A stretch of DNA of 64,000 bases from Lama guanicoe (taxonomy: Eukaryota): positions 5,412,399-5,476,398 of the forward strand of contig MU053934.1 of assembly GCA_013239625.1 (NCBI GenBank). Reading direction: 5' to 3'. The translations under genes were made by a program, and so were the position numbers. How positions within the stretch are numbered: position 1 is the stretch's first letter; each line of letters begins with the position of its first letter. Below the pieces are notes generated by a model that saw only the letters and a list, made by a program, of their open reading frames with translations, searched no databases and had not been told where the DNA came from. This document shows, one piece after another, positions 38,301 to 52,950 of the stretch.

Positions 38301-40221
38301 ACGCAGCATATGAGGAGTGAAAGCTAAGTCTATCAGCTAAAATTGTTGGAAGGGTTAAAATTATCAATATCAAATACAGAAAGGAAAAGTCAGTCTATTA
38401 CAAAACAGTTGCACATTTAACTACTGTAGGAATTTCCCACTTCTGACCCCCCCAGGTTTAGTAAAGACATCTCAAAAGTAAACATACAAGTAACTACAAG
38501 GGGGGTCATGTTGTTAGAAGAACTGCAACTTCATATTTCCTAAAGTTTGTGTGGTCAAATCTGCAAGAGGGACATTTCATTACGCAGGTTTTGCACAAAA
38601 TTTTACGAAACAAACCTGCACTAAGTTAAAGCAGAACTGAAATCAATGCTTTTTCTGACCACTTCAGGGATGATTTCTATACATTTTCCTATTATAGAAT
38701 CCTCCTTTTTATTTAGATGTTTGGCTCCTTCAACACACTCCCCGGGTCGAAGGGGATATTCCAGCTCTAAAGCTAAAATGGAAGCAGAATGCTAAGTGGT
38801 CAAGTTACCACTTACTGCATCTTTGGAGAACAGAAAGATGCAGAGGGTGCCACATCTTTCATCAGAATGCTTATTTTAAAAATGTCCCAGATACTAGCTT
38901 ATAGTTTCCCTCTCCCTGCATTTTCAAGTCATCCCAATATTAGTAACTCCCTTTCCTAAGCAGTCGCATTGTAGTTATTTCAGAAAAGTGCACTGGTTTT
39001 GTCTGACACACTGCATGATGCACAAGCAAGACCCCTCTTTCTGTGGCTCTTCTGCCTCTCTGGGGCATGAAAACAGCCAGAACTACAGCAACAGCTGGGG
39101 ATCATTAAACTGACAGAAATAGCTTAGGAGACTCCACTGGTGTGTGAGTGGGGGGAGGAGAGGCTCAGTATCAGATTAAAAAAATCAAAAGGGCAACAGG
39201 AAAGGGGGGGTGGGGATACGTAAAGTCCAAGCAGTGCATCACACGCAGATTTCCTTTACACAGCCTTGACACAGCCTTTGCACAGCCGACGGGACGCACC
39301 GAAGCACACAAAGGGACAGGTGACTGCAGCCTAACTTGCCTAGCCCCCACCTATTCTCGGGTGGAAGGGTTAGTCAAACCTAAAAATGTGGGCCAGTGAA
39401 GACAGGCTGCGGGAGGGGCAGGGGAGCTGTGGCATCTCAAAGGCTAACTCTAGGTCATCCCCAGTCTGGAGGAATCACTTAGAGGATGTGAGTCAGTTCT
39501 GGGGCTGTGCAGACAGTAAGAATCAACCCCAAGATGGGGTAGAGGCAAGGGGAATGAGAATACATGCCAACGCCTAAGTGGACTCAGGGACCAAACTGGC
39601 CCCAAGGCATCCCCTCAACTGGGGAGGACCAAACACTAGATGAAATGCAGGCTCTCGAGCTGTTCGGGCTGTTCGGGCCAGAGCACAGCCACGCCTCCAA
39701 TGCTAGCTTTGTAACCTGGCAGGCCTCCGAAGGTCAGTACAGGAATGTGCCATCTGCCTGGCCCACTGCCCGAGTGTGTTCAGCACATATCTGAATGCCC
39801 TAGAAGAGCTTCAGCCAGATCACCTCATTGGAGTGGGCTGCATATCCTGATCTATGCCTTAAAGTCTGGTTAATCCAGGATCCTGGGGCACCCTCTCCAT
39901 CCCCACACTTGCTGTGTTGTCATCTAATACCATCAAGGCCTCTCCCACAAAGGCATTTTCTTTATAACTAACCTTTTGGGACTGCAGTTTCAGACAGTTC
40001 CCCACCTGCAAGCCTGAACAGGAAATGATTCGATTGCAGATATTATGACTGCAACTCTCTTTGGCAAGAGTGTGTGGTAACTGTGAGATTGCACGAACTC
40101 CAGCTGAACATTTTATTTGATGCATCTAATGATTTACTAGAGAAGGCGCCAAGCTAATGGTTGTTCTCAACAAAAAGCAACCACTACACCACCCTCCTTC
40201 CAGAATGGGTTGCTTCTTTTC

Positions 40222-40407
40222 TTTCTTTTCTTTTCTTCCCTTCTTTCCTTCCTCCCTCCCTCCCTCCCTTTCTTTCTTTTGTTTCATGAGGGGAAGGTAA
40301 TTAGGTTTATTTATTTATTTATATTTGGAGGAGGTACTGGGAATTGTACCCAGGACCTCGTGCATGCTAAGCATGTGCTCTACCACTTGAGCTATACGCT
40401 CGCCACT
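40222..40407 (-). mobile_element. Camelid tRNA-derived SINE (Vic-1 type) with an expanded simple-repeat tail
   Basis: ggaggtactgggaattgtacccaggacctcgtgcatgctaagcatgtgctctaccacttgagctata. 14-bp TSD ggttgcttcttttc at 40208-40221 and 40408-40421. Confidence 0.88.
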
Positions 40408-41425
40408 GGTTGCTTCTTTTCAAACCCACAAAACTTGCAGGAAAATCTCTCCACGCGTATTTCCAAAACCTGGGTTTCTATAATGAATCCAAAAACCTCA
40501 TAGCAATTGCCTCATTCTGAGTATTTTAAGTTAGTATTAAGAAGGATAGAGGATATACAAAAATAAATCCGTGAGAGGAGACTAAGAAAGAATTTAAACT
40601 ATATGTACATACAGTTTATACACACACACACACACACACATCACATACAGTTCATTTAAAGGCTGCATAACATCAAAGGACAGGATATATTTTAATCAAA
40701 CTATTGTGACTATAATCACTTCTCAGTGTACACAGCCTAGGTGGGAGTAATTGTATCAATAAATCTCTGAGCAACTTTTTACAGAATAAATTCTTTACCT
40801 GAAATGTAAAAAATTAATGTCATACATATTTATAATCAATCACTATGTACATGCCTTGGTACTAGGTAGAAGGTAGTAGGAACTGAGAAGGAAAATAACC
40901 CTATACATCTATATAATACTTTACAAAGAGACTTTCACATATATGATCTTACTTGACCCTATGAGTTAGGATGGCAGACATTATACCCACTATGCAATGA
41001 AAGAAACTGGTTTGCCAAGCTGAGAGCAACTTAGCCAAGTTCCCCATTGGCAAGATCAAACCAAGAACTTCAAGTTCTTGACTGTTGGCTCAGTGCTGAG
41101 CCCTAGCTGCCTACCACAAAAAGTCTCCTCTGCCCTCAAGGAATTAATCTCTGACACTTAATGTCTTGGCCAGTGTTTCTAGATGTACTAAGTTTCTTCC
41201 CAGAAAGCGTCTCACCAGTCTCTTGGTACAACATCATATACTGAATCTAATTCAACACCATTATGTGAAAGGTTATTTATTAATATCACTGACAATTAAA
41301 AGATGTGAGCTCCTTCTGAAGGTTATAATTATTAATGTGAGACTGAATAAAACTGAATTAGGACAGAGTGCTCAAAATGTATCTGTCACTTTGGGATAAA
41401 CGCCACGTTTTGCTTATGGGCGTAA

Positions 41426-41444
41426 TACTGCCCTCTAGTGCCAG
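41426..41444 (-). promoter_or_regulatory. Candidate CTCF binding motif
   Basis: The minus strand reads CTGGCACTAGAGGGCAGTA, close to the CTCF core CCACYAGRKGGCRS. Three CpGs lie immediately adjacent in an otherwise CpG-poor region. Confidence 0.55.
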
Positions 41445-41941
41445 GAAGCACAGTAACCTCAGCAGACTCAGCTAAACGCATATTAACAACCTACTATATA
41501 AAAGTGCGCTTTGCTAAGCACTTTGGACAGGGCAGAAAGAAAAAAGGCTAAGCCTAACACACACATACACCCATAAAAACTATGTAAGACCCCCTCCAGG
41601 AACTTATAAATATAATGGAGAAGATAAGAAATGTAAAACAGATCACTGTAATCAAAGATAGGGTTGTAAGTGCTTTAAGAGTTTAACCAGGAAAACATAC
41701 ATCAACTGCAGATAATTACTCAAGTACAAAAAGGATTAGGTAAGCTTCACTTGAGCAGCAGCACATAAGCCATCTTTGAAGGACTTTATAAACTAAAGAT
41801 GAACAGCATGAGCCAAGACATGGAGGCAGGAAATACTATAAGGCTAAGAACAGAACCATACATTCCAATTTAGCCAGAGCATTAAGTCTGTTAAAGGTAC
41901 CTAGAAAGGCTGCCTAAGGTCAGAATGTGAAGAGTCTGGAA

Positions 41942-42185
41942 CTGTGCTATCCAATGTGGTAGCCACTTGCCACATGTGCTTTTTAAATGTAATTAAAAAT
42001 TCATCTTGAAAAATTGTGACGAACACTGGAATCTGACACAACATTGTAAAATGATTATAAATCACTAAAAAATGTTAAAAAATTCATTTTCTCAGTCACT
42101 TCAGCCACATTTCAAGTCTCCACAGCCACATGTGTCTAACAGCTACCATAGTGGACAGGACAGCTATAATCCTGGGCAGTGCTGT
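41942..42185. mobile_element. MER3-like hAT element interrupted by a 73-bp L1 tail (42005-42077)
   Basis: ctgtgctatccaatgtggtagccacttgccacatgtg and cacagccacatgtgtctaacagctaccatagtggacag flank an L1 3' end bounded by aaaaattcat repeats. Confidence 0.75.
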
Positions 42186-45100
42186 ACCAGAAGGTTGTAT
42201 TAAACCAAAAAACATTAATCTTTCAAGACTGATCAATCTTTCAAGTCTCACTCCTCCTAAAAATTGGAGATCTGACCCTTGCCAAAGTGTACTGATAAAG
42301 AAAACCACAGGTCCTAATGCCATAGGGGTAAATTTAAAAGTTTGATCCCTGTCCTTCCAGGCATTTCCAACTGTCAACTAAAACAATGAGAAAAGTATCA
42401 CGCGTGGCCTCCTATAAATCTACACAATTGTTAAAATGTGTGCCAGCTTTTAGAGTTTTTTTAATTAGAAAAAAGATAAGACAGAATTAAGAAAACTATG
42501 AAAGAAGAAAAAATTATTAGAGATTTACCTATAATAATAAAACACAAAACTAGGAAGAGTTATTTCCACTGAGTATCTCTGAGTATTTAAAGGAAGAACT
42601 ATCTTTATCCTTCAGATACCTGCTTCACCCTGAAAGGAGTAACACCAGGGTATTACAACCTTTATACTTTTACTATCTAATGCACAATCTATTTCTTTTG
42701 TGCTATTTACAAAATGATAGTCATTTTTAAAAAAACAATGCATATATATATTTGTAGAAAATATAATGTGAGTCCTCTCAAGATCCACTAGACATACAGA
42801 ATTTTAAGTACAGGTTGTAAGCACAGTATAAAACCAGGAAAACATACAATTGCTTGGGGTAGTTTTCAAAATTAGCATTCTGACCCTACTTACGACAACA
42901 AGCCTGCGTTTCTTTTTTCTATACACTCCTGCACTTAAAACAAAGGTATTCTTAATGATCATATTGGGAATCTAAAACACTACAGTTCTCTGGAACACAG
43001 TCAACAGTAGCAAACCAAAGCTTTTAAGTCCTGAGCCCTACTGTCTCTGTGTCTCTTAAATAATCTTCCCTCTAATATTGCCATGGTGTTTCTTTGATAT
43101 CAATCCAGAACACTTTGAGATATTCAAAGAAAAAATCAACTACCTCTCAGCTAGTATTTTAAAGTATTCTCTTTGCAAACTGGGCACCAGTAATAACTCA
43201 TTCTCTCTTCAACGGTTTCATTCATTGCCAATTCCACATGCTCAAATCATCCTGTCAAATGTTAGTGAAGTTCCAAAGAGATCTCAAAACTTCAAAAAAA
43301 AAATCCAAGTTTTTAGAAAAGCAGCATTTATGTAATCAATACTAGAGATTGTACATAAATTCTGATAATGGATAACAGGAGATTTCCAAGCTAGGAGAAG
43401 GAAAATGTTGATAATTCTTTTCCATTCACATTTGACAGAATTTGGATAAAGTCACTATCCTTTTTTTCATAACCCAGAACCTTTCCGAAAGAATTTTTTT
43501 TCCCAGTTTTTCCAGAACTTTCAGGGATTTTCACAAAGGAAAACTCCTTTATGGGTGTTCACCTAATAAACAGATTACTGCTATCCTTCACACACCTGAG
43601 TGTAATTCTACAGTTACTAAAAGATAGGTAAGGCCAGGGCACACTGTTCACTCTAACCAAAACTAACATGTAATCAAATAAAAAGCCTTCCAAGTGTTAT
43701 TTTATTTTAAATTATGATACCCTAGTGATATGGGATCTCAGAGGTTATCTATCTCCTTTCAGTAGTTAACAGGCAGAAGAAACTGAAGTCATCACCAATA
43801 GCTCCCTATTTATTTTTACAGTGCCTATGGCCAAAGTATGTTTTATTGATAAAACAGTGCATTTGACCCACATACAGGGGAAGAATCGCATCTTTCTAAA
43901 GAAAAGACTTTTCCTCCTTTTTCCATAATCTATGTTTGATACCATGAGCTCTGCGTGGGTGGAAGGAAAGGAATAAGAAAGTGAAACATCCTAAACGCTG
44001 TCCCCTCAGGTCATGAAGTAAAAGTATACCCCACAGGTCCTTGCTTAGTTATCTATCTGCTGAGTGGTCAATAAGCTTTAATAAAAACCCTGGGAGAATA
44101 AACTATCCAAAGCCAAAGCCTGGATGGCTACAGAGAAATAGGGAGGAGAAAAAAGACAGCAGTAAGCTGGGGAGGAAACGAAAGCATGCAAATCCCAAAG
44201 GGATAAATATGCCAACCTTCCCGCAAACGGTGATAAGGGGCCAGGCACACTGCCGAGTAGCTGTCCTTTCCGGGCTTCAGGACAATCCATGAGAGTGGCA
44301 GAATCCTGCAGGTGGGCTGATAAATCTTGGTCTCCTCCAGCATGCTGGGGGAGATGGGACACGCCAAAGGCCAGTGTTGCAACAAACTCGTCTTTCTTTT
44401 CTCACTCTTTAAAGAGGCCATTTATTATTTGCAGAAGATCTGATTAGCATTACTCTAGGTTAAAGTGGGTACTTCAGTCCTGCAGTGCTAAGAGTTGCAA
44501 GAACAACTAGACCCCAACTTTACTCAGGGAGTGCGGCATTAAAAGCAGTGACAGCAGAAGGTCAGAATCAGTAAGCCTCCTGGAAAACATTTCTTCCTGT
44601 CAGCACTGGGCCTCCACACAGACACCTCCCTCCTCTACCCAAATGCCAAAACGCAGGACTGGGACGATTTCAATGCGTAGAGCTGGAAGAGAAGAGGGTT
44701 CCCTTAGAGAAAATGCTCGTAGCAACCAACCAACCTCATTCACCCAAAATAGTAAACAGTTGGTTTCTCTGCTCAGAACCAAAAGGCTTCTGCCAGACAA
44801 GCAGTATCACATGACCAGGTTCTCTCTTCTCTCCTCCACCTCCCTCCCTTCTTGTGCAAAGTCTGCACCGAAGTAGAAGCAGCAGCTATAACACTATACA
44901 ATTTTATTTCACTTGACATTTGTTTTCAAAGTGTTTATAGATGAAAGATATCAAATTGGGAGGAAGGGAAGATACTAAGGGGGAAACTCAGGAAGAATTT
45001 ACTTTGAAACAAGGCGTATCACAGCACTAAGAAGGGTACCACATACATAGCGGCTAATTAGCAAGCGTGCCCAATGAATGAATAAATGAGTGAAGAGACA

Positions 45101-45879
45101 GACACTTCTTAGCAAAATATTTTGCTGATAAAAATTGCTATAAGATATAGCTCAGAATATATTTGACTTTCTCATTTAGAAAGAAAATAAAGGCCCTTAA
45201 GAAACTGGCCATAGTCAGAGACAGTGTATTATGACAAAAGTAGCAGCCCACCAAACCCCTGAGATTCCTTCTCTTACCTTGAGGATCCCACCTTACCTTA
45301 CTGTTTAATTTTACTCCTTAGATGTCACAGTCCCGTCATTCAAATTATTCTGTAGGCAATCAGAGCAGCTACACTAACGGACTGAATTGAAAAACCTACC
45401 CAGCTAATTATGGAAACCACTGCCACCATGACACTCACGGGCATTTTCACCTAAAGGGAGTGGTAGTGGGGAAAGGCTGGCAGCACAGCTGGTGCCAGAT
45501 CCGCCACCTCATTCTTCTCCCCACCAGGTCCCTCAGCGTTTGGAAGCTGAGCAACACACACAGTGTAGAGGCACAGAAGCAAGAACCTCTATGCTGAGCA
45601 ATCTGTTCTGGTAGGAAGACAGACAAAGTATAAGAATCCACTGTATCAACATCACCTGCCATGGCCCCTACTCCAGGGGCCAACCAGGGGGCTCTGAGAG
45701 TAGAGTCACTCACCCTCATCTAGTCCCTTGCAATGCAATATGCTCAATAATTCAACAGTTGTGAAATGGAAATGAGAAAAAAAGAAAGGGAAATAACCTC
45801 GAAGTCCTTAATTTAAGCAACATCTTTTCCTAATTAGACTATGTGAAGAGAGTTATTTGAAATGTCAGAATCCAAATAC

Positions 45880-46560
45880 TCTTGATAAATAATTTGCTGT
45901 TGAGGATGAGGAACAACTGGAACTTTCAGACATCACTGGGGAGAATGCAAAATGATAATGCTACTTTGGAAGACAGTCTGGAAATTTCTTATAAAGTTAA
46001 ACTGACACTTATCATACAATTCAGTAATCCCATTCGTTAGTATTTAAACAAATGGAAATGAAAAGATATGACCACACAAAGAGCTGTACGTGAATACTCA
46101 CAGCAGCTTTATTTCAACTGCCAAAAACTAGAAGGAAAAAAAAAATGTCCTTCAACTTGTGAATGGAATAAAAGTTGTGGCACATCCATAAAATGAAATA
46201 TTACTTAGTGATTAAAAAAATCCAAACTACTGGTACAGACAACAGCATGTACGAGCCTGGAAAGCACTACGCTAAGTGAAAGGAGACAAATACGAAAAGA
46301 CTACACACTGAATGACTGCAAATTTATATGAAATTTAGGGAAAGGCAAAACTGTAAGGTCAGAAGTAAGATCAGTGGTTGCCAGAAGCTGGGAATAGGGA
46401 TGAAGACTGTCTACAAAGAGGTTCAAGGAACTTTTTGATGGAAATATTCTGTATCTCTTGATTGTGATGGTGGTTTATCTTTTACCAAAACTTACTGAAC
46501 TGCACCCCTGTAAAGGGTGACCATTACTGTGTATAACTTGATCTCATTTAAAAAAAAAAA
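45880..46560 (+). mobile_element. Old L1 (L1MB/MC-type) ORF2 end and 3' UTR
   Basis: gaggatgaggaacaactggaactttcagacatcactggggagaatgcaaaatg..tgtccttcaacttgtgaatgg..gctaagtgaaaggagac..gatcagtggttgccag, ending in an A-tail. Confidence 0.82.
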
Positions 46561-46582
46561 CAGATTATGAAGCGTTATGCCT

Positions 46583-46825
46583 AGAGGCAGAATGGAATCT
46601 TAGTTAAGAATGTAGGCTCTAGAGCTAAACTGCCCGGGTTTAAATCTTGGCTCTACTGCTTACTAGCTGCATGACCTTGAGATGCTTAACATCTCTATGC
46701 CTCATTTCCTCACCTACAAGGTGGCATAGTAGGATTCTCTCACAGGGTTGCTGTAATAAATGAGGTAATACACGCAAAGCACTCAGGACAGTGCCTATCC
46801 TATAATCACTCAGTAAATGCAAGCT
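46583..46825 (+). mobile_element. MIR SINE, near full length
   Basis: gggtttaaatcttggctctactgcttactagctgcatgaccttg..gcctcatttcctcacct..aaagcactcaggacagtgcct. Confidence 0.8.
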
Positions 46826-49800
46826 GATGTCATCACACAATCACGTACACACACACAAACACGTCTGCACAGGAGAGTGAAAGGATGGTCACTATCTGGG
46901 TAGTAGGAAAGGGTGATTTTATTTTCTGTCCCCTTCTGTTTATCTGTATCTTTTAAATTTTCTACATTAAACAACTATTGCCTTTATAATAAGCAAAAAA
47001 AATATTTTTTTTCAAATAAAAAAGAGAAAACAATGAAAGAACACTGGACTAGAACTCAGGAGCCCTGCTTTTCAGCTGTGTTGCTAATTACTAAGTTGTA
47101 GGACCACAGGGCATCACCCTCATCTCTAAACAGGAGGGGCTGCAGCCGACTGGGTGTCCTCCATCTCTAAAATGGAATGTTCTCTAAGACGTATGGTAGG
47201 GTAGGCAAGCTATACTCTGTATTTTGTTTTATTTTTCCTTCTATATTTACTGTCTGCCTACCATGTGCCAGGCACTGTGACACAAACAGATAATACTCGA
47301 ATCCCTGCCCTCATGGAGCTTACAATACAGGCTGTTCAAAGAAACAACCAAAACCAACTGGTACAATCGTCAGCATGGTATGTGCCCTGACAGGAGCACC
47401 CAGAGGGACCTAAGAAGACACCAGGGCTAAGTCCTGAATTTTTTTTTTTTAAGTCAAACCAAAAAAAGATGAGGAAAGGAATTCCAGTCAAAGGGAGAGA
47501 AATATACAACAGCAGAAGGTGTGAAAGTAACAGTTTCTTGGGCAATGGAGAGAGAAAAAGAAAGAAAGGGCAATTTGACAGCAGTGTGGAAGTTAAGAGG
47601 GCCAAGACCAGCAGTGCAGAGGCGGGTTAGGAAGAGGGAAATGAGAGGTCAGGTTGTTGACAATCTCCAGAAATCATATAGAACTGTAAATGTTTTATTC
47701 TTACTCAAACATCTATATATGTCATGAATAAACTTGCTAAATAATAGTCTAAGATGTACTTAACTATATTTACAAATATAGCATATACTTACAAAAACTT
47801 TACAAACAAAAATGTCAGTTCACTTCCATTTTCCAAGGTTAATTGTACACGTTTGTTCCTTCAATAAATATTTATTGAGTGTGTGTGTCATGCACATGCT
47901 AGGTGCTGGAGAAGAAGGGAGACAGACAGTAAACAAATGAACCACCAAAGCAAGCAAGAGAACCAGATTGCTTTTTCTTCCGCCAGAGATCTACTGAGAT
48001 CTCCTACCCGTCTGAAGCACGATAGAGGCAATGTGATCTGGCGGCTGAGAACTCTGCACTTGGAACCAGACAGACCTTTGTTCAAATTTTTGCTATTACT
48101 ACCTGAAAATGGGCATAACATTACCAAATGTGTATGGTTTTAGAGTGAATTTAATGAGACAATCAATCAATAACCAGCATGTCACCTGTACAAAAAATGT
48201 TCAGCAAATGGTTCCTTTTATTTTACTGTTGTTCAATTTTAATCGTCCACTTTTAGGGCGGCCCATGATCTCCCACTACACAGACAAAGTTATGCACAGT
48301 GTAGAAAAGAGGGGGAGCAAGGTATACAAAAGATCTGTTTAACATTACTAAATTCACATCTTAATGAATTCACAACTGTTTTCTTGCAAAGATGTCATGC
48401 TTGGAGCTAACATTCCTTTAGGATTTCTCAAACTGTAATATCTGCCTATGTTATAAGCCCAAGTAAATTAAATAAAAACCATCACCCCAAATAGGGTGCC
48501 AGTTACAATCTCTCCTGGGATTCCTCATTCTGACTCTAACACTAAGTCATGTAAAGACCAGAGACAAGGAAGAGCAGAGAAGTGGCTTGAGCAGTGGGCA
48601 GAGCTCCCCACACTGCAGAGTGACCGTTCACTGGGAGCAGAACTTTCTGAAACAGAAAACCAGGATGGAAGGAGAGTTTTCTAACTGGCTGTGCCCTCGA
48701 GTAATCACGTCTTCCAGAAAAGAGGCACAACAATTAACGTTTCTAAACGGAAGGGAAAAAGAGACTGTTGCCTCCCTATAACCACATACTAAAAGATTTA
48801 TTTCTTACACAGACTTTGAAAACAATAGTGGTCATTTAAAGACCCTTAAGGCAGAATGTACAACACAAAAAGAAAATGTCTTCTCTGGGACCCAAGACCG
48901 TAAGGTCCAAAATGATTTTATTTAAACTTTCCTCCATAAATTTCCCTTTGCAATGAAACCAGGCAGTGATTCCTCAGCCCCAACAGAAGAATTTAAGGAG
49001 TAGAGGAGAGCCTGGACAGGATTTTCAAGTACAGTCTATGATTTTTTTTTTACTGAAGTAAAAGTCGATACCTATAAACAAAAAGAATGCTGTACTCTTA
49101 CGTCTCTTTCTTTTATTAGTGGTTTACAATCTCCTTTATGCAGACAGTCCTTTGTAGATAATTGTTGTGCTTCCAGGGAACCTCAGGATCTTTTTGCCCA
49201 CCTAATACCATACAGCACACCTTTTTTTGCTGCTACTCTTCCTCAGTCTCCCTCCTGCCATCAATGCCCAGGGAAGAAAGCCAGCAGGCAGTGAAGCTTC
49301 TGAGCAACCTGAGCATCCCTGCTATGCTCCATTATGCTTAAAGGTCCCCAGGCTGTACTGTGCATGAGCAAGAAGAGCGTAAACAAACCACAAAGACAGG
49401 TTCTTCCCTTTACATACAGGAGAGCTGAGCTAATGAGGCTAGAAATCCATGCAGCTGTGTTTCCCCATAACTGCTTGTGATAGCCTTATAACAGAGCACT
49501 TTTCTTCAGTGGTCCAGATGTCCCCAGCCAAACAAGCTCCCCACATTAACACCTGGCAACAAAATTATTAGTGCACAGTTAAGGGGGAAAAAACTGAGAT
49601 GATGCCAAACTACATTTCTGCTGGTTCTTTTCTCATTACTTCATTGTCTTTGATCCTGCACATCTACAAAGTCGAAAGCTGTGAGAACTTCTCCAGCAAA
49701 AAGACCTTCACTTTTCTCCACTGAAGCAAGAGTACTACATGCTAATTTCTTCTATAAATTCAGACGTTTCCCCAAGAAATCAGGATGCCCAGCAGCCACT

Positions 49801-51141
49801 CACTCACCAGGGTTATATGTTCTGTTTCACAGACATCAATCCTCTAGTTCACATAGATATATACACAAGCTCCAATCAGGGCAGTACACACAGGGGAGCC
49901 ATTTAACTACATTATATCTGCATCTGGGAGTCTGAAAGAAGTTTTAGCTCTTTAAGACAGTGAATTTACTGAGCTTCCTATACTCAGTCAATTCCAATTT
50001 GGATGCTTCATAATTATAAAAAGAGTGGAGTCTTCATCAGACAACTTAACCTGAGACCCTGATACTATTGAACAACAACAAAAATTTATCAAGACTGCAC
50101 TCCAAAGAAGGTATCAACATTTCCCAGGACACTGTTAAAAAATAAACTATCTAAGGCTGTGCAGGCCCACTAAAAAGATTCAGTTAAATTTAGGTGAAAA
50201 TAATTTCATAGCTTTAAATGTAAATAGTGAAGTTCAAAGCTGGATAGGGGTTGATAAGCACTCTCTATGCAACTTTATTATTATAAGGAAACATTGTTTT
50301 ATAATTGAAAATTCATTAAAAAATTCAAAATGGACCACCACTTGCTTTGTAGTTAAACAAATTTACTTAGATTTTTCAAATTCCTTTGGTCTCAAATTCT
50401 CAGATAATTTCAAGATAAATGCCACATCTCGTCAGAATTCAGGCTATGATTCTGAACATATCAATACATCAGCTATTTTGTTAGGAAACAGTAACTTTTC
50501 TGGTTAGTAAAACTAGGTGAATGGTAAGGAACAATTAAAATTACCTCTAACCCTTATATTTTTATGAGAAGCAGCAGACAACCAAAAATTATTTTCTGAA
50601 TCCAGATCTTATGTTTAACCTTCATCGCGACAAACTCAAGCAATCAAGATGACAAGGGAAGCACAGCAAAGTAGTCACTTAACTAAGTGAAAGCCTAGAA
50701 AAGGGTTTGACCAAACAGAACTCTCAATTTAGAATCTCAAATTAAGATGTGTGACAGAGGACACTCCACTTTTTAAAATCATGAAACATTCCAAGTTGGA
50801 AGTGACTCTCCGAGGATACTATCTTTTAGGAAACACAGATCTGCCACCTGTTCATGTCCATCATCTTAAAGCCCTGGCTCTTACCTATTCCAAGAAACCT
50901 GCCCTAATTAACCTCAAAATACTCTGGTCACTCCACCTGCTATAGCTTCAGCATAAAACTTCCTCTTATTTTGTAGTATAATGACCAAGTCCATCTTCAA
51001 CTGAATGTTAAACTCTTTGAAGAGGATTAGCATCTTATTTCTTATTTTATTTTGCCATAGACTAAAACAAAACAGGGCCCTATCCAATGGATAATCAATA
51101 AACATTATCAGATACCCACAGCACCTAGTCTACTATTTTTC

Positions 51142-51335
51142 TTTTTTTTTTTTTTTTACCACTGGGTTTTGTTTTGTTTTTTTCAGTTATAGTCAGTTTA
51201 CAATGTCGTGTCAATTTCTGGTGTACAGCACAATTCTTCAGTCATACATGAATATACATATATTCATTTTCATATTCTTTTTCACTGTGAGCTACTACAA
51301 GAAGTTGAATATATTTCCCTGTGCTATACAGTATA
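51142..51335 (-). mobile_element. 5'-truncated camelid L1 3' end with TSD
   Basis: Poly(T) followed by an inverted L1 3' UTR. 16-bp TSD tagtctactat[t/c]tttc at 51126-51141 and 51336-51351. Confidence 0.88.
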
Positions 51336-52224
51336 TAGTCTACTATCTTTCAACCAGATGCTCAATGATTGTTGAACCCTTAGGACTGTTACTTATCATC
51401 ATTGCCAGATTCCAGACAAAGGGAAGGAGAAAAAAGATCAAACTTAAATTAGCCTCTGGTACTGAGTAAGTCTAGACTGTGGTGGTCTATATTTGTGTTA
51501 AAACAATCTTTAAAAAATTGTCCAAGGGCTTATCTAAGCTCTTTCATACTGTATCTCAAGAGACTGCATGGTTTTAATAGTCAGGTGCCTTGAAGTCGAA
51601 GGTACGACCCCTAAATCCAGCACTTATCACTAGGTTCCAGTTTCTCTCAAAGCAAGATTTTACTTAACTCGAAGGACTGTGGTTGGAGTTAAATGAAATA
51701 ACTGTTTAAAGTGCCTACTACAAAGGAAGTAGCTACCACAGCTGTTACAATGATGATTAACTACAAAGCTAAGAAAATTACTCATAATACAAATTTAATT
51801 ACATTAAAGTGCATTATGGCATCAATTCTCTGGTAAAATATGGTATATAAAAATATAACCCCTTCTCAGATGTGAACTGCTTACCACTGTGCTAAACTTC
51901 CCTAGAAAAATGATCTCTGCTGCAAGGTAATTTGCCAGGGATCTGGGGAGGAAGGTTTGTGCACATGGCAAAGACGTATTTCCCAGCAAAACTCAATTTT
52001 ATGCAATATTTTCACATAAATAGATGCTTTAGAACCCCAAAGTCTAACTTGCTACTGTTAATGAACTGCTGTATTCATCCCGACCCCTTACCATCTGTGT
52101 CTCAGTGGCATTTCGAAATGTGACTGCAAGCATCCAAAGAGGCTGGGCTTTCGCACGGCTTAATCAGCGAACTTGTTAAGAATCCTAACTTAAGTACTGA
52201 TTGGAGGGAGATTAAAGTAACAAC

Positions 52225-52950
52225 AAACTATCATGTCACACCCATTAGACAAGTCAAAAGTTTTAAAGAGTTTGTAACACCTGTATCTAGCAGAGAGGTG
52301 GGGGAAATAACACTCTCATACACGGCAGGTGGGATGTGAAGTGTTACCATCTTTTAAAAAGCAATTTGGCACTGCATCTATGGAACTTAAAAATACACAT
52401 TCTCCTTAACTTATCAGTTCCACTCCTAAGAATATACACCTTAGAAATATAAACATAAAACATGTAAAAAGGACATTTATTGCACCATGTTTCATAAAGG
52501 CAAAAAAGAAAGAAAGAAAATGAATATAATACCTCTGCTACGGGAATGTCTGAATACATTACAGTACATACAGCCCATGAAGCAGTATGTGGCCATGGGA
52601 AAAAATTAATTTGAGCTATGTCAGATGACGTGGTGGGATTCCACTAAGTACTGCTGAGTGAGAAAAGTAAAAGTTTTTTTTTTTTAAGGCATATGATACA
52701 ATCCCATTTAAGAACAAGTCAATAGCAAAAAAAGAAAAAAGCACTGTGTGTGTTTGTGTGCATACAGATCTCTACAGGGTTGTGTGAGTGCAGAGAAAAA
52801 TATGTAAGAATATACATTAGGATGTTCACATGGTTTGGGGGTAAAGACACACCAATGTGGGGGGAATGAGGAAAAAGAGGAGGAGAGAATGCTAAGCAAA
52901 AGACCCTACACTTAAAAAATAAGGATGTAAAATTTCAGACTTACGCATCT
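52225..52950 (+). mobile_element. Ancient L1ME-type fragment
   Basis: tcacacccattagac..cactctcatacac..ggtgggatgtgaagtg..gcaatttggca..cagttccactcctaagaatata. Confidence 0.6.

Noticed and set aside
45111..45126. Perfect 16-bp palindrome agcaaaatattttgct
   Set aside because: About one such palindrome is expected by chance in a window of this size and composition.
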